Below are positions 25,079-38,200 of a stretch of DNA of 64,000 bases, one piece after another (positions within the stretch are counted from its first letter, which is position 1; every line of letters starts with the position of its first letter). The stretch is from Torpedo marmorata. Lineage: Eukaryota. The stretch covers positions 58,652,001 to 58,716,000 of the forward strand of contig OZ360220.1 of assembly GCA_977017645.1 (NCBI GenBank). Direction: 5' to 3'. Below the pieces are notes generated by a model. It saw nothing but the letters and a program-made list of their open reading frames with translations. It searched no databases and was not told where the DNA came from. The position numbers and the translations under genes were made by a program.

Positions 25079-28000
25079 TACATACAGCAAGGATACCAGA
25101 ATCAATGCCTAAGTTACATTGCTAGTCACAGGATTAAAATCAAAAACTACCTTCTGTTTCCTATTACCAACACCTTATTGGATTCAATTTGCCAGTGTCT
25201 TAGATCCTATGGGGTTTAACATTTTAGACAGTTTTCCCATGTCAAAGGCCTACTGGACTCCAGATAGACTGTTGCATTTTTGGAAATGGCAGAAAAAGAA
25301 TTAAGAAAATAAGTACTGCTGGTTCAACATCAAGAAAGGTGTCTTCCCTATATTTTAAATCTGACTTGTTTTCTATTAAAATAGATGCTTCAGTAAGCTC
25401 CCTCCTATTTCTGGAGGGGAGGGGCTACATTTGAATTATCTATATACACAATGTCAAGGTGCGGTATCTACAAGCTAACAAAATGTTCCAAAGCTGCTCT
25501 TATTACTAGGGGCACTGAGAAATAGAACCTGAATAATTACATGGATATTGACAGAAATGTGTATTGGTGTGATATACAGTTGTTGTATACCTGATCTGAA
25601 AAGCTAATAATGCATTTCTGAGTATTCCTGTACAAAGACAATGAGTTGATTTAATCAGTGTTCACCATTGTGTTCAAGAGGGATTACATTACTGAAAACC
25701 ACTTTGTAAATAGTGTATAAAATTACATAATTAAGTCGTTAATAATAGGATATGCATGTCAAATAATTCTATTTAATATTCAAGATCATGTTGCAAATTC
25801 AATTTAGTAAAATGCTTATCAAAACAAACAGAAATACTTATTCCTTGTGCATAGCCATAGCTGTTCACACAGAACTTCATCAATCATGCTCATTATAAAT
25901 CAAAGTTTCCCACAATTAGCCAACACTCAATATTCCTGATGTGATTTTTCATAGATTCTGCTCTGTGGTTAAATGTTATTTTCAATTCAGTTATGTTGCC
26001 AAAATGGATTCTTACAATGGCTGCTAAATCTTGATGATAGTATCACAGTAGAAGAAATTGTACAGGATGCCAGTTTAGTGATCGTAAGTAGAATGGAGTG
26101 AATTAATGTTTCACTGTAGGCCTTAGCTGAAGAATGTGGATTTCAGTTAAATCCTTAAACTGTTTCCATTTTCCAATTCTCTCCTTTTGAACATCCCCAG
26201 TGTGAATGAATTCACCACTGGTATTTATTTCCAAACAACAGCATCCATTTCACAAAACCTAGAGCATTGTGTTTTAAGCAACTTTAAATAATTAGGAACA
26301 ATCCCTGCTGCTGGTAGTCTTCTAATGTGTGTGTTCAGTGAAGACGAGGAACAATCTCTGCTGCTACTTGTCTTGTAATGTGTGTATTCAAGAAGGCAAA
26401 GCACATTGAGATAAATTCAGGTGCTTTAAATCCAATCTCAAAAACAGCAATGCTCTCCTCTCTCGTCAACAACCCACTCACCCCTCTAACAATTTTCAAC
26501 TGTTCCAATGTACAGTGATAGAAATGGATGGACACGAAACTCAAAATGGGAAGGGACTTTGAACGGGTTTCCTTTTGTAAATAATATATTGTGAATAAAG
26601 TCTATTTTTGGTTAAAAAAAAACTTTCAACTGTTCTGCTTTAGTCTCAACGAAGGGTTCTGACCTGAATTGTTGACTGACCATTTCTCCCTCTGAATCTG
26701 CCTGATCCTCTTCTCTGTTCACTCAACTTCTTACAATTCTATCACGCTCATTTCTAAAAGTGAAAAAAATAATGCTCAAACCAATGCAGAACCACCCCCC
26801 TCCCTGTAAGAAGCAATAAAGACTTTTACATCCTTTAAGTCCTTTCTGACTTGAAGCTATTTCAATTTATTTTTATTTTATCTGATATAAATAAGGTTGA
26901 ATTTAGTGAACATTTATTTCTTTTCCTTCAGTTAACTTGTAAGCAGTAACACAAAAAAGGATGGTTCATTGAAGAAGAATGGTTAAATCTAGGGTAGGAC
27001 TCTGGGTTGGGTGTTTACTTTGAGCTCCAGTTTTTGTTAGGTGGTTTGCATGATAATTGACATCTGACACTTGTCAGACTACAACCTTTCGTGTCAATTT
27101 CCAGATGTACTATTTATAACATTGGTGATTTGAATGCACCACTATTAGAAAGAAGCAATGGACAACCCAATTAAGCAAGTCCAACGCCCATCCTTGAAAT
27201 TATAGTAACAACATACCCCATTTTTAGCATCTTTAACATTGTAAAAGATGCCAAAACATTTCATAAGTATTACAAGCATTTTTTCACCATAGAAGTGCTA
27301 GGTACTGCCTATCTGCCACATACCCTTGACCTTCAATGATGTTACCTTCATCAATACCCTAGGGATCATCATTGATCAGAAAGTCAGCTAGTCTGGCCAT
27401 ATAAATGTGTGCCTACAAGAGCAGGTCAGGGGCTGGGAATCCTGAGGGAACCAACACCCCAAACCTTTCCTGCTGTTGTCAAAACATAAATCAGGAGTGT
27501 GATGAGTCGTCTCCACCTGGCTGAATGAGTGCAATACAAACTCTCAAGAAATTCAAGACTGTCCAGGAACATGCAGCCTTTTTGATTGAGGACACTATCA
27601 ACCACCCTAAACATTCATTCCTTTCACCACTGACAGAGTAGCTGCTGTACCAACTACAAAATGTGATACAGTTTCTCCTAAACCCACATATTACCAAGGA
27701 CAAGGGCAGTAAATTCACGGGAACTCCAAAACGACTTGGAAATATGTAGCCATACCTTTTATTGCTGTTGAGTCAAAATCCTGGAACTCCCTATCCTATA
27801 GAAATGTGGGAATACCTTCACCTGAAGCACAGCAACAGTTTAAAAATGCTGCTCACCACTGCAACCTTAATGCAATTTAAGGATGGTCAATTAATGCCAG
27901 ATTCCAAAAGACAGATAAATTTTAGAAAAAAAAGGTAATGAGCCATTTTATGAAATATTAGAATGAATGTTCAAAAATATAATCAAGGAGAAATATTATA

Positions 28001-28654
28001 AGGAAGGTCTCAAAGAAGGAAGGTAGGGAGATTTAGGGAAGGTCTGTAAGAGCTTAGGGCCTTGGGGAATAAAGACAGTTTCAATGGTTAGAAATGAGAT
28101 GTGCAAGAGGCCAGAATTGGAGGAGCACATGGTATGTAATAGCATAGACTGGAGGTTGTAGATTTGGAGAAGGATGAAACCATAAAGGTATTTGAATGTT
28201 TAGTATCAGAATTGAATTTGTAATTGATAAGCAATTGATTTTCCAAACTTCTTATGAGAGACATTGCTTCCATCTTCCCACGATTTATAAGCTTGCGAAA
28301 GGAACTATTAAATTCCATTGTTCAGCTTTGTAGAAATGATTTTCAAAAACTATGCTAAACCTCAATTGGTAGTATAGACACAAATGTTTAAAATTTCTAT
28401 TTTTAATCAATTTTGTCAGAATATGATTGATTTAGGGAGCTGGCAGCTAGACCTGGAGGATCCTTTAAAAAGTATTTAAAAAAGAAAACTATTTTATGAA
28501 ACTTATCTAAACTCATCAATGAGTAACACGTTTGATAAATTTTGAATATCTAATAATGGTAAGCAACTAGTTCAGTGTGTAGTTAAGTTGCTGAGTGGTT
28601 CGCCAGCTAAGTGCTTTAATCCCAGTCTATTTAGTTTCCAATTTAAGTCCTGGG

Positions 28655-29229
28655 TGTCAAAATCTCTGAAGATCTATCCTGGGGCCTCCATGTCGATGCA
28701 ATCACGAAGAAAGCTCGCCAGCGGCTATACTTTGTGAGGAGTTTAAGGAGATTTGGTATGTCACCAAAGACTCTTGCAAATTTCTACAGGTATACGATAG
28801 AGAGCATTTTGTCTGGTATGGAGGTGCCAATGCACAGGACAGGAAAATGCGACAGAGAGTTGTGAAGTTGGCCAGTGCCATCATGGGCATCAGTCTTCGC
28901 TTCATTAAGGACATCTACATGAGGCAGTGTCTTAAGAAAGCAGCCTTTATTCTCAAAGACCCTCACCACCGAGGCCATGCACTCTTCACTCTGCTACCAT
29001 CAGGAAGGAGGTACAGGAGCTTGAACACGAACACCCAACGGTACAAAAACAGCTTCTTCCCCTCTGCCATCAGATTTCTGAATGGACAATAAACCACAGA
29101 CACTACCTCACATTCTCTTCTTTTGCACTAATTTGTTTTTTTAATGTAATTTAGAGCAATATTTGCACCTGTAATTCTGCCGCAAAACAACAATTTTGTG
29201 ATATGTTCATGACAATGAATTCTGATTCT
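28655..29229 (+). mobile_element. Rex1/Babar LINE 3' fragment, copy 3
   Basis: Homologous to 3550..4157; TTCTGATTCT tail. Confidence 0.8.
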
Positions 29230-29389
29230 AAGTCTGGAGCTGTTTTAACTTTGTAAAAGGGGTGCTTTCTTCGCCAACTTGTCTGCTTATAGTGCACTGG
29301 CTCTATGCCAGGGGATATGGATGTAATGATCTTAATATGGTCAGCATCTCTCTGTCACTGAAAGATAAAGAGTTGTTGAGCTACATTAC

Positions 29390-29484
29390 CTGCTTGCTTC
29401 CACAACACCAAACACAATTCGGTCAGCAGTATTCGTTATGGCAATGCAACAGACATTTGGTTCATTTTTTAAACGTTTTCTAAC
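29390..29484 (-). CDS. NWD-like gene exon (VRKRLKNEPNVCCIAITNTADRIVFGVVEAS)
   Basis: Not in the ORF track. Acceptor tatacag (phase 0), donor AG|gtaatg (phase 2); bridges the adjacent exons in frame. Confidence 0.85.
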
Positions 29485-30646
29485 CTGTATATAAAACACA
29501 ATTTTTAAAAAGCTTATATATCCAAATACATAGATTTTTGCAGAATAATCCATGAAAATATATTGATATTTATATGATATAGACTTGTTTCAAGTTAAGT
29601 CAAGTCACCTTTATTTGTCGTTCATTACCATATACACAGTAAAGACGAGATAGCGTTTCTCCAGGACCATGAGCAAATTTACATAAATAGTATAATACAA
29701 TAAAAAATCTATGATATGCTAATACACATATATATCTAAAAATTGAGGAGCCTGATGGGGGGGAAAAAAACTGTTGCACAATCTGGACGTGTGGGCCCGA
29801 ATGCTACGGTACCTCCTTCCAGATGGCAGAAGGGAGAACTACATATCCACAACTTTACTAAATATTTAAAGAGTTTGATACTGTGTTCAAAAGAATACTT
29901 ATTTAAATGGTGGCTATTTTCAAGTTCAAGCTTATTATCATCCGATTGTATAAGTACAACTGGACGAAACAGCGTTCTTCGGTCCTCTGTGCAAAAACAT
30001 GCAAACACACATACAGAAAACGCACACATACAGGCAAACGATTCATATTCAGTACATATATACATATATAAAAATAAATTAATATTGTTAAATAAATAGT
30101 AGAGTCCCGGGGGATATGTATGAGCAGTTCATCATTTAAACACTGCAAGGACTCAAAAATTTGGAAGAACAATTAGGTAAAGTGGCTAGGGAATTTTCTT
30201 TAGGATCAATATTCATTAGATACTTTAAAAATGCTTCAGCAAATAATGCCATGGAATATTTTATAATCAATTGAGAGAGCAGATGAGACCTTGGTTTATG
30301 GCTCATGGAAAGATCTATTTCTTCACAAATGCACTTAAGTATCAGCCAAGATTGTGTGGTTGTGTCTTTGGAATGAAACTCTGATGAAACATCATTGACC
30401 TGAAACATGAATTATTTCCCTCTTCATCAAAGCTCCCTAATTAGGACCATTAGCGATGTTTACTTTTTCCTTTCCTTTGCATCTCACTTCCTGAATCCTT
30501 ACACTACCTGAGTTTCAGAAACACATTCAAAACTTTTCTTTATTTCTTCCCCCACTGCATTCCAGTCTGGTGCTTCTGATGAGCATAGTACATCACAAAA
30601 TCCAGCAATGTGAAGATTGGACAACCATTGCCATGCCACCATAGTA

Positions 30647-31364
30647 CAGTAAAACCCCTGGTATCCGCAATTCAAGCAACCAGCAGCCTCAAGCAACCAG
30701 AAAAAAAAAATTGAGGAAAGTAAATGAAAAAATTAAAATAAATAAGAATAAAATAACAGGTAAAAATACGTGTCTAAAATTGTAAATGTTCTCTGAAGTA
30801 ACACATATACCATTTATGAAGATGGGAGGAAATATTCAGCCAGCGGAGTGCCTTGGTCGTGCTTTGCTCGTAGCAGCTGTGAGAATAAAGTTATGTTAAA
30901 CAGCAATGGCGTCGCCCAGGATGAAGCCCAGGTTGATGCCACTCGCAGTTGGGGTGAGTCTCTTAAAGTGTCTCCTTATCCCTGCTTGGTAAGAGTCATC
31001 CCGGTCAGAGGTTTTATCTGTAAACTTGGAGGGGGGGGTTAATTATCTATAATGTTATTGCTTGTCTTTCGGGCAGCTCTGTGGAGGGGGAGGAACCTGC
31101 AGATGCAGCGACGGTTAAATGTTTTCAAAGAATGTGACTGAAAATAAAGTAAAATACTTTAAGGTTTATATATTCATGCAAGTGAAGTTTCTTCAGTGTA
31201 AGTTCAGTACAGTATAATATTTTTGTCTTTTGTCTTTTAAACTGTTTATTCTTAATGCAGGTGTATTAGTTAGGCATTGTAAGAGTAAGTCTCAAGCAAC
31301 CAGAAAATACACTTATCCGGCATCTACCAATTCCCATAGGAGCCGGGTTCCAGGGGTTTTACTG
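30647..31364 (+). mobile_element. Tigger/pogo-like MITE (CAGTAAAACCCCTGG TIR), copy 1
   Basis: TA-flanked inverted termini; homologous to 57181..57898. Confidence 0.85.
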
Positions 31365-31482
31365 TAGTTGAAATGTCACACTTCTGAAGAAATTTGCTTA
31401 CCATTATTTCTAAAACCTGATAATCGTATCCTTCCTATTACATTGTATAACTACTGCAACAAAATGAATGTTTTTTTTTTAC

Positions 31483-31689
31483 CTTGCCAGCAGACAAATC
31501 CCACAAAGTGACATAACTAACTTTCTCGGCATCATTATAGTTTGACAGCACAAGATAGCTGCCACTGTTCGTCAGAGCTGCATTGTGCAAGAACAGCATT
31601 GATGTTCTGTCTTCGAGGGTGTGTGTGTGAGACTCAGACTCCAAACTAAAGACAGCGAGATGGTGTGCAAAGTAGGAGCAGACGATTAT
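31483..31689 (-). CDS. NWD-like gene exon (IIVCSYFAHHLAVF...YVTLWDLSAGK)
   Basis: Acceptor tgtttcag, donor AAG|gtaaaa, 207 nt, phase 0/0; WD motif. Confidence 0.85.
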
Positions 31690-31799
31690 CTGAAACAAAG
31701 ACGACAGTAAATATATTGCTGTAAAATAGCTTCCCTTCTGTTCCTTACCTTACATTATTGGAAATAACCCCTGATGGAGCTTTTCTTTTTAAAACAGAT

Positions 31800-32010
31800 A
31801 CAACACGAGCCTTCCGCCCCACGAGCCAGCACCACCCAAATATACCCATGTGACCAATTAATCGACTAATCCCAAATATCTTTGGAATGTGGGAGGAAAC
31901 CAGAGCACGCAAAGGAAACCCACATGGACATGGGGAGAATGTATAAACCTTACAGACAGCGCCGGATTCAAATCTGGGTTGCTGGCCCTGTAATAGTATT
32001 GTGCTAACCG
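31800..32010 (-). mobile_element. tRNA-derived SINE (V-SINE-like core)
   Basis: Reverse complement of the SINE at 50014..50250. Confidence 0.7.
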
Positions 32011-32129
32011 CTAGTCTTAGAATTTTTCGAGTAAAGTAAAATCTTTAGTTCTTTGATTGTCAGTGCCCTTTGATTTTTTTCAATCTGCAAATTGGTAACC
32101 CTAATCCTAACCAGATTGGTGCTAAATCC

Positions 32130-32720
32130 CCTGCTTGGAATCCAATTGATCAGTTTTGGTCGCCTCATTACAGGAAGGATGCGAAAGCTTCAGAGAAGGT
32201 GCAGTGGAGATTTACCAGGATGCTGCCTGGATGCGAGAACATGTCTTAGGACATGTCTTATAAATCACCATGTTTAAGAGACATTGAGACAGGCACTTGA
32301 ATAAAGGTTGAGCAATCCAGGGCTCCCTTTTGAGTGACAGAGGATGAGAGGTGACATCATAGAGGCATATACGATTATAAGAGGCATGGATAGGGTGGAC
32401 AGCCAGGACCTTTTCCTCGAGTGGTAATGGTCAATACCAGAGGACATCTGTTTAAGGTGAGTGGAGGAAAGTTTAGTGGAGATGACTGAAGTTGGTTTTT
32501 TAACCAGAGAGTGGTGGGTGCCTGGAATGCATTGCTGGGGGTGGTGGTGGAGGCTGGTACAATAGTGACATTTAAAAGACTCTTAAGACAGGCACAAGGA
32601 TGTAAGAAAAATCGAGGGTTATAGACAATGAGGAAGGGAAGGATGATGCAGAGTACGTTCATATAGATCAGCACACATCGTGGACTGAAGGGCCTGTGAT
32701 GTGTTGTATTGTTCTATGAT
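32130..32720 (+). mobile_element. Degenerate CR1 3' fragment(s)
   Basis: CR1 ORF2 C-terminal and 3'UTR similarity to the other copies in this window. Confidence 0.6.
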
Positions 32721-33563
32721 CTATGCTCTAAGTCAAAGTGAATTACTGTTTCAACAAGAAGGAGTTGTGTCCCTGGACTGTAAGAAGAGATGAAGTAAAA
32801 GAGTAGTTATCGCATCTCCTCTGGTTGCATCGGAAAGCGCTGCTATAATGGGAATGGTTGGAGGGGATGCAACAGCAGACCAGAGGATGGTCCTTTCGGA
32901 ATGCTAAAAGGGAAGTGGATGTCACTGAAGGTGACATTAATATTTAAGGATGATCTGTTGAATCCAGAGGCAGGTGGGATGGGAAGTGAGATCCATCCTT
33001 GATGTGGTCAAGGGGGATGGGGGTGTGAGAGCAGAGACACAGGAACTAAATGAGATATGGTTAAGTGCTCTCTCTACTCAGATCAGGACAGCTTTGAGAA
33101 AGAATAAGTCAATGTTGTTGCAAGGAGAGATCAAGAGCATGTATGTGCTGACTCAAAACGTTAAGAGCGGATTTCAGGATGTGCCGAGAACAAGGTTTTT
33201 GTGAACCTTCTTCCATTTGCCATTTTCCAAAATAATTTACATTCTAAAATGAACTCTTTTTCTCACTCTTCCAGTTCTGATAAAGGATCTTCAACCTGGA
33301 AGGTTAGTTCAGTTTCTCTCTGCATGGAACGTTGCCTGACCTGCTGAGTGATTCTCGAATTTTCTGGTTTTGTTTCAGATTTCCAGCATTTGCAGTTATC
33401 TGATTTTCGGTTAAGCTGGGTAAGCAATCATCTCTCGGAGGTATTTGCTGATCTTCAGCTGAACTTGTCTCAGGAGATGGGATCGTGCAAAGAAGCTACA
33501 GATTTGGATGGTGCAGCAGTGTTTCACTTGGGAGAGCACATATTTTTGTTTTGAGCTTCTCAC

Positions 33564-33718
33564 CTTCTCATCCACACTTAGCAGATACTGATCAATGGGG
33601 TTGGACTTCTCTTTACAGAACTGCTGCAATATTGTGATTTCCTGTTTCACGTCCTTTTCTAGCCTTCTCTTTCGTGCAGTCTTGGTTTCATTACGCTTTT
33701 CCCAGGGGGTCATAAATG
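33564..33718 (-). CDS. NWD-like gene exon (FMTPWEKRNETKTARKRRLEK...LSVDEK)
   Basis: Acceptor gatttcag (phase 1), donor AAG|gtgaga (phase 0). Confidence 0.85.
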
Positions 33719-34474
33719 CTGAAATCAAACAGGTTCGTTAAATCATGAATACACAATTTGGAAAACAAACCTATGCTGATTGTTTTCTGTTAAACAGGAA
33801 ATCTGCAGACACTGTGATTGTAGTGCAATACACAAAAGTGCTGGAGAAACTCAGCAGGTCATGTAGCATCAATAGGAAGCAAAGGGATACAACCAACGTT
33901 CCGTCAAGGAATGAGCAAAGAGCAGACAGGCGCCTGATTAAAAAGGTGGGAGGAGGAGAGGAGGGAAGAAGGGGCAGGGAGAGGTGCACAGGCCAACAGG
34001 CAAGAGGTGATACGTGTATATGGGTGGGAGGGTAGAAGAGAAAAAAGCTGAGGTGAAAGGGGAGGAGATTATTGTTTTCTGCACATCTAGATTCAATTGA
34101 ACTAAACTTTGATTTCAGTGCTGCTGAAGAGGTCCTCTCGTCCACTATTGATCCCTGTTAACGTTCCTCTTCCATCTCTTCTCACTGCCTTTCATGGTTA
34201 GTAACACCTAAGCGAGCTAATGGTTGCCAAAATGATGATTTTTTCAATGGGATTCTACCCAATTGAATTTTAGGGATTTTCCATTTTAATAAAGGAAAGT
34301 GTAAGGAATGAGAAAGGAGTTTTAAGGGGAATTTGAGGCAATTTATTTTATTTATTTATTTTTTTACACAGGGAGTAGTTGTAATCTGGAATGCACTGCC
34401 AGAGGAGGTGGTAGAATCAGACAGAAATCACCATGTTTAAGAGACAGTTAGACAGGCACTTGAATAAGCAATGC

Positions 34475-34908
34475 ATATCCCACCCTGACTACCCGCAAAT
34501 TGGAGGAACAACATCTTATTTTCCGTCTGGGCACTCTCCAGCCAGATGGCATTAACATTGACTTTTCTGCTTTCCACTAAATCTGCTTGTCTTTCTTTCC
34601 CCTCCCTCCTTACCTGTCCTTCCAGTTTTTCCACCCACCCAGCCATCCCTCCTCCCCCTCTTTGCTGCTGTCCCTTCCCTCCTTTCTCCACATCATCTCC
34701 TGCCTTTGCCACCCCCCTTCCCCCCCCTCACTCTTTTGTTCGGACGCCTGCCGGCATTTTCTCATACTTTGATGAAGGGCTCAAGCCCGAAACGTCGGTT
34801 ATGTATTTCTACCTTTGCTACATAAAGGACACTGTTTGACCTGCTGAGCTTCTCCAGCATTTGTGTTTTTTACTTCAACCACGGTGTCTACAGATTTTCA
34901 TGATTTAC
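34475..34908 (+). mobile_element. Penelope-like element 3' fragment with hammerhead-like motif
   Basis: RKLEEQHLIFRLGTLQPDGINIDF terminus, purine/pyrimidine tract, motif at 34763-34803; sits inside a CR1 remnant. Confidence 0.8.
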
Positions 34909-36339
34909 TACAGTAAGATGTGGACCTAATGCGGGCAAAGGCGATTGGTGTACATGGTCACAAAAGGTCGGCATGAATGTGCTGGGCAAAAGAGCCACTT
35001 TCTGTGTTGCACAAATCTAAGACTCAATGACTACCTCATTAATTTTCACCCACTAATCTCAAATCCTCTCTTTCATTTTGTGCCCAAACACCTTTCTGTG
35101 TCAGATTTGAATATACTTTTCTGTTAAAAAATTCTCAGCAATCCTTTATTCTCTGACCGCGTTTGTCAGGTTGTAGGAATGTTCACAAATGCCCTCATAT
35201 AGTTCACCATACTTTGATTGTTAGCGTAACTAAACTATAATGAACAGCTTCAAACTTTACTCCAATAAGAATATTGGAATTACATTTACCATTGGACTCT
35301 TCAAAAATTAGAAATTAGCTTGACTAATATTTTCTTTTAATTTCCAATACTTGTTGATATAGAATTTTACAGATACAGCAGATGGAGGTGATCATGCCCT
35401 TTCGTGAAGAGGTTTTGGTTCTAGCTCTGGTGCAGATGCTCGAGTACATAGATGGGTAGACACTCCACTGCAGTATAGAGGAGATAATGCATTGTTGGAG
35501 GTGTTGTCTTTCATATGAGCCATTAACTTGAGGCTCTCTCTAATGGATGTCAAGGATTTCATGGCACCACTTGAATAGGAATTATTCCCTGTGTCCTGGA
35601 CAATATTTATTTCAACATTTATGAGGCAGATTATCTAGTCATTATAACATTGATCATTGTGGAAAATTATTTTATTTTAACTCTCTGCTATTTTCCTCAT
35701 AATTCAACCTACTTCACACCTGTAAGATACTTGTCAAAGAGACTGCAGAAGAGCATTTTTTCCAATCACTTTCTGCAGCAGTACACAAAATATTGCTTCA
35801 GAAAATCTATGGTTATTTATTCTTAATATTCCATCTCGTCCAAACAAGTTCCTCATTCAGTTCCTTTCTGAAATAGTACCACATTGACTGCTTATCCTAA
35901 ATTATCATTCCAAACATACAATAACAGAAAAATAATCAACTCCAAATGTTGTTTAAAGCATCTGTATCCACAAATTGTGTGTTTATGGTGTAAATTGAAC
36001 AACTCGTTTAAAAAATGTACCAGGGCTGTAGGTCAATCGGGTGTAATTGGGCAGCACGGGCTCATGGGCCGAAAGGGCCTGTTACCATGCTGTATGTCTA
36101 ATTTAAAATTTATATGTACATATTTAAACCTCATACTCATTCAGTATTCTCTCCCTGAATGAAAATGAGCTGAATACCTTTTAAACAAAATTCCATTCAT
36201 GCTGTAGTATTGCATCAGCCTTAAATTTTCAAACTGCTTCCAATATTCACAATAATTATATAAAAGGAACATTTCAAACTTCTTCACTTTACTTTGTAAG
36301 AGGGCCTGACATGCCACATTGAAAGCAGGCCTTTTTTCC

Positions 36340-36525
36340 AGGGTTCAAATCCGGCGCTGTCTGTAAGGAGTTTGTACATTCTCCCCGTGTCTGCGTGGGT
36401 TTCCTCCGGGTGCTCCGGATTCTTCCCATCCTTCAAAACGTACTGGGGGTGTAGTTCAATTGGGTGTAATTGGACGGCACGGGCTCATGAGCCAGAAGGA
36501 CCTGTTACTGTGCAGTATGTCTAAA
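36340..36525 (+). mobile_element. SINE (V-SINE-like), 5'-truncated
   Basis: B-box GGTTCAAATCC and core CTCCCCGTGTCTGCGTGGGTTTCCTCCGGGTGCTCCGG. Confidence 0.75.
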
Positions 36526-36566
36526 AAAACCATCCAAACTCACACCACCACATAGAATACTTTTAC

Positions 36567-36739
36567 CTTCTGAACCACTTGACTCTCCTCCCTTTTTCCT
36601 CTTGGTCAGAAGGTTATTGTAGAACTCATCCTTTGAGTGAGAAAGAAAGCCATTTAACGAGGAAAGTTGGTCTTTATACGTGGGCCGCATTCGTTCTTTT
36701 ATAACGCCAGTCTTCAGGTTCCAGATAACAAGGTGATCT
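36567..36739 (-). CDS. NWD-like gene exon (DHLVIWNLKTGVIKER...GGESSGSE)
   Basis: Acceptor ttgtggaaag (phase 2), donor G|gtaaaa (phase 1). Confidence 0.8.
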
Positions 36740-38146
36740 CTTTCCACAAGCAAAAAAATAACCATCATTATTCTTCCATTTTATTCAAAAATAATAATTT
36801 TTAAATATTTTTGTTTCCATAAGATTTAAAAGGCTGAATCAGTTGGATAATTGGCAGCAGTTGTGAAGGGAATTGGCATTTAGCAGCAATTTGCGGCTCA
36901 GATAATCTTGGACCACCAAACACAGAAACTCCAAACAGCCAGCTCAGATGGAAGCATCTGATCTGCTCCGCTGCTGGATCCACCAAAACAGAATGAATCA
37001 GAGCAGATCCCTGGGTGGAAATGTCTAATACTAGAGGATATAAATTTAAGGCTGGGGGCAGGGGAGGAAATTTAAAGATGTGTGATGCAAGATTTTTAAA
37101 AAGAGAGTGGTAGGTTCTTGTAATGCGCTGGCATGAAAGAGGAAGTGGAAGCAGGTACGATGGCAACACTGAAGACGGATACTAGAACAGGCAGGGAAAG
37201 GAGGGGTACATACACTGTGCGGGCAGACAGGATTTGTTCAATTTGGCATCATGTTTGGCGCAGACATGGTGGGTTGAAGGACCTTCCTGCCCTGCACTTT
37301 TCTATGTTCCATGTGTATGCATAAAACTGGGCATTCATGAGATGCCATGGACCAGCAGAAATATGCACCACCGCAGTCTCATAGCCCAGCAGATCCACCA
37401 CTCGACCAGTATCATCATGATTCGATCAAGAAGGCAGAAGAGCCAGTTCGGAGCAGCAAAGGCATAACAGAAAATGACTATGCTGTTCCTGATGAAGCTG
37501 CAACCTGCACGCTGAACAGAAAAAGCAGCAATATAGAGCGCTACACAATCTCTCAACCAATGGATCAGATCAGAGCTCTGCAGTCCTGTCATATCTGCTT
37601 AGAAATGCCAGCAGGCAGTGGAGGAGGAGTACATGCTCATTCTCACCAACTGTGGGCTCCAGCGTGTGAGTGCCAGAGATAAGGTCACGTTTAATCAGAA
37701 ATGTCAAATGAGCAATCCATCTCCTCCTGAGATTCCTACCAGGACAGAAGTTAGTCTTCAGCCAATTTGATCCATTTCAAGGTGATGGCACCAGACCATT
37801 TAGCTGTTTCATCAATGACTCCCCTTCTATCAGAAGGTCAGAAGCGGGGACTGGAAAATATTTAATTAAATTCGCAAATCCTCAGTGAATGAAGCAGCCA
37901 TGCCTGGACAATATTCAGGCATGGGCTGCCAAGTGGTAAATAAATGTATCTATCTTCTAAAAAAGGGTGGCACGAGTGCTAGTGATCCTCCTGACCACTA
38001 GAGGGAGTCGGAGACTAGTTTGTTGCAGCTTGGGTTGGATTCAAGATGGATGCCTCCACACGGTCGTGAATGAGTTCTATAGCTAATAAAGTACAGTTGT
38101 TTTAAAAGAACCCAAGTTTCTTTATTACAATAAAAGAAACATCACA

Positions 38147-38160
38147 TGGTACCAGGAGTG
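38147..38160 (+). promoter_or_regulatory. Primer-binding site complementary to the tRNA-Leu(TAA) 3' end
   Basis: TGGTACCAGGAGTG directly after the LTR-terminal CA; matches ...CACTCCTGGTACCA of vertebrate tRNA-Leu(UAA), recalled from memory. Confidence 0.75.
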
Positions 38161-38200
38161 TGCAGTGTGCACAGGAGTGGAAGAAACACCAGGAGTGTGC

